From Tubiluchus corallicola (Eukaryota; Animalia; Priapulida): a stretch of 64,000 nt of DNA. Below the pieces are notes generated by a model. That model was not told where the DNA came from and did no database searches. It worked only from the letters and a program-made list of their open reading frames with translations. The stretch is from positions 29,315-93,314 of the forward strand of contig JAQGDQ010000809.1 of the NCBI GenBank assembly GCA_030141605.1, read 5' to 3'. Each line of letters opens with the position of its first letter. Within the stretch, counting starts at the first letter, position 1. Below, piece after piece: positions 62,583 to 64,000 of the stretch. Both the position numbers and the translations under genes were made by a program.

Positions 62583-63258
62583 GTCCATCCAAATTTGCGG
62601 CCGCTGTTCGCTGGCAATTGAAAATTCGTGCTGCCATCTAACGCCAAGTGAAAGAAACATTCAAGCCAACCAGTTGCACTTGATGTTATGACAAGTTTTT
62701 TTGCCAAACACAAGAACAGTTGGCTTGATGAAATGCACAAATTTCCTTTGTGCAAAATGCAATAAAGCAGAGCTAAGACTACGAAAACTATCATCTGCAG
62801 CAAACGCAAACCACTAAAACTGCTGAATTTTACAAACCGACGTTTGGAATATGGTAGAATCTGCGAAATCCTGTATTAAATTTTACGAATTTTCTGAATA
62901 AGCGCATCGCCTCTGGGTTTTTGGAGCATCCAATCTTCTTTGATGATAATCACTAGTGACACAATTTAAACCGTGACGAATCAAACACCAGTTGAACTTA
63001 ATACTGGAAAAGCAAATTATTATGGAATTTTGCTTACAAGCTTATCTCTCTTTAAACGTAATATCTATGGGCTTAAGAATGAACAAAGTGCTGAATTCAA
63101 GTAACACAATACGAATGGTATTTGTTGAATAACCTACTGATGAAACTTTGGTTTAAACCTGCTGATTTTAGTTTAAATTTGACGAAAATAGTTTTAAGAA
63201 AATAGGTAAACTTTTAAGGCAAAAAGTTTGTTTGTTTCTTAATAGATTGCTTTTCAGT

Positions 63259-63630
63259 AATCATCATCATCATCATCATCATAACATCATCGTCATCATT
63301 GTCATTATCGTCACCATCTTCATCATAACATCATCATCATCATTATCATCGTCATCATCTTCATCATAACATCATCATCATCATCATCGTCGTCATCATC
63401 ATCATCGTCCTCGACGTCGTCGTCATCGTCGTCGTCATCATCATCATCATCATTGTCGTCGTCATCAACGTTATCATCGTCATTATCTTCATCATCGTCA
63501 TCATCATCATCGTCATCAACGTCATTATCGTCATCATCGTCATCATCATCACCACCACCATCATCATCATCATCGTCTTCATCATCTTCATCATAACATC
63601 ATCATTGTCGTCGTCATTATTGTCATTATC

Positions 63631-63677
<47 letters not shown>
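63259..63677. repeat. Degenerate (ATC/GTC)n trinucleotide tract
   Basis: Directly visible; explains the poly-D/poly-M ORF. Confidence 0.97.
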
Positions 63678-64000
63678 TAGGTTTCGGTATCACTTTCGAT
63701 ATCTTATTTCCAAGCTAAACATTCTATAAACCTGAAATTTAATTTTCCAAGCATTTCTTCCATTTCTAGTGTATTAAATGTATGCCTAGCTGATCAACAA
63801 GTCAGTGTAGTCACTATAGATTCATTGTACACAATTCTCATAAATGATATAGTTCTTACATTTTTAATTCTCCTTTCAAAAACAATAAGCTCCCACTTCT
63901 TGAAAATCCCAGTATGAATAACAGAACACTAAATTTAAGATACCTATATGCAACGAGGATTGTATTTCTCTGTATATATGTATATATATATAATAATCTT

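Noticed and set aside
60202-62809. Long ORFs of 236-811 aa (REEKR / LFSSL)
   Set aside because: Artefacts of a stop-free pentanucleotide satellite; open in several frames on both strands.
62600-62930. Hydrophobic minus-strand stretch (LLQMIVFVVLALLYCIL) as the missing fucosyltransferase TM exon
   Set aside because: No convincing splice donor before the satellite, and the acceptor at ~58215 leads to stops anyway. Unsupported, though not excluded.
63364-63693. Poly-Asp/Met ORF
   Set aside because: Translation of an (ATC)n microsatellite.

Overview
AT-rich, intron-containing animal (invertebrate-like) genomic DNA, not prokaryotic. I assembled spliced gene models by hand from GT-AG sites and reading-frame phase. 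Genes: the 3' exons of a CHST15-like sulfotransferase (+, 1569-7926); a minus-strand pentraxin-domain gene whose 5' exon has in-frame stops (10230-~14600); an intronless rhodopsin-family peptide GPCR (+, 20005-21567); a four-exon minus-strand model for a secreted protein that the ORF track misses (25589-29213); a lone frameshifted exon resembling the DEAH helicase TDRD9/spindle-E (37185-37342); a 13-exon MAP9/ASAP-like gene (+, 39083-52911); and a GT11 alpha-1,2-fucosyltransferase ORF (-, 57035-57943) whose C-terminus runs into a CR1-type LINE. The rest is LINE fragments (CR1/L2, RTE), a Penelope-like fragment, hAT, Tc1-pogo and unclassified MITEs, LTR-like pieces, minisatellites (35, 36, 65 bp) and a 2.3 kb (CTTCT)n tract. 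There is no CRISPR array or rRNA, and no convincing new multi-gene system; the best leads are TE-gene chimeras, orphan exons and a possible nested-gene arrangement. Family assignments come from remembered motifs, not database searches.
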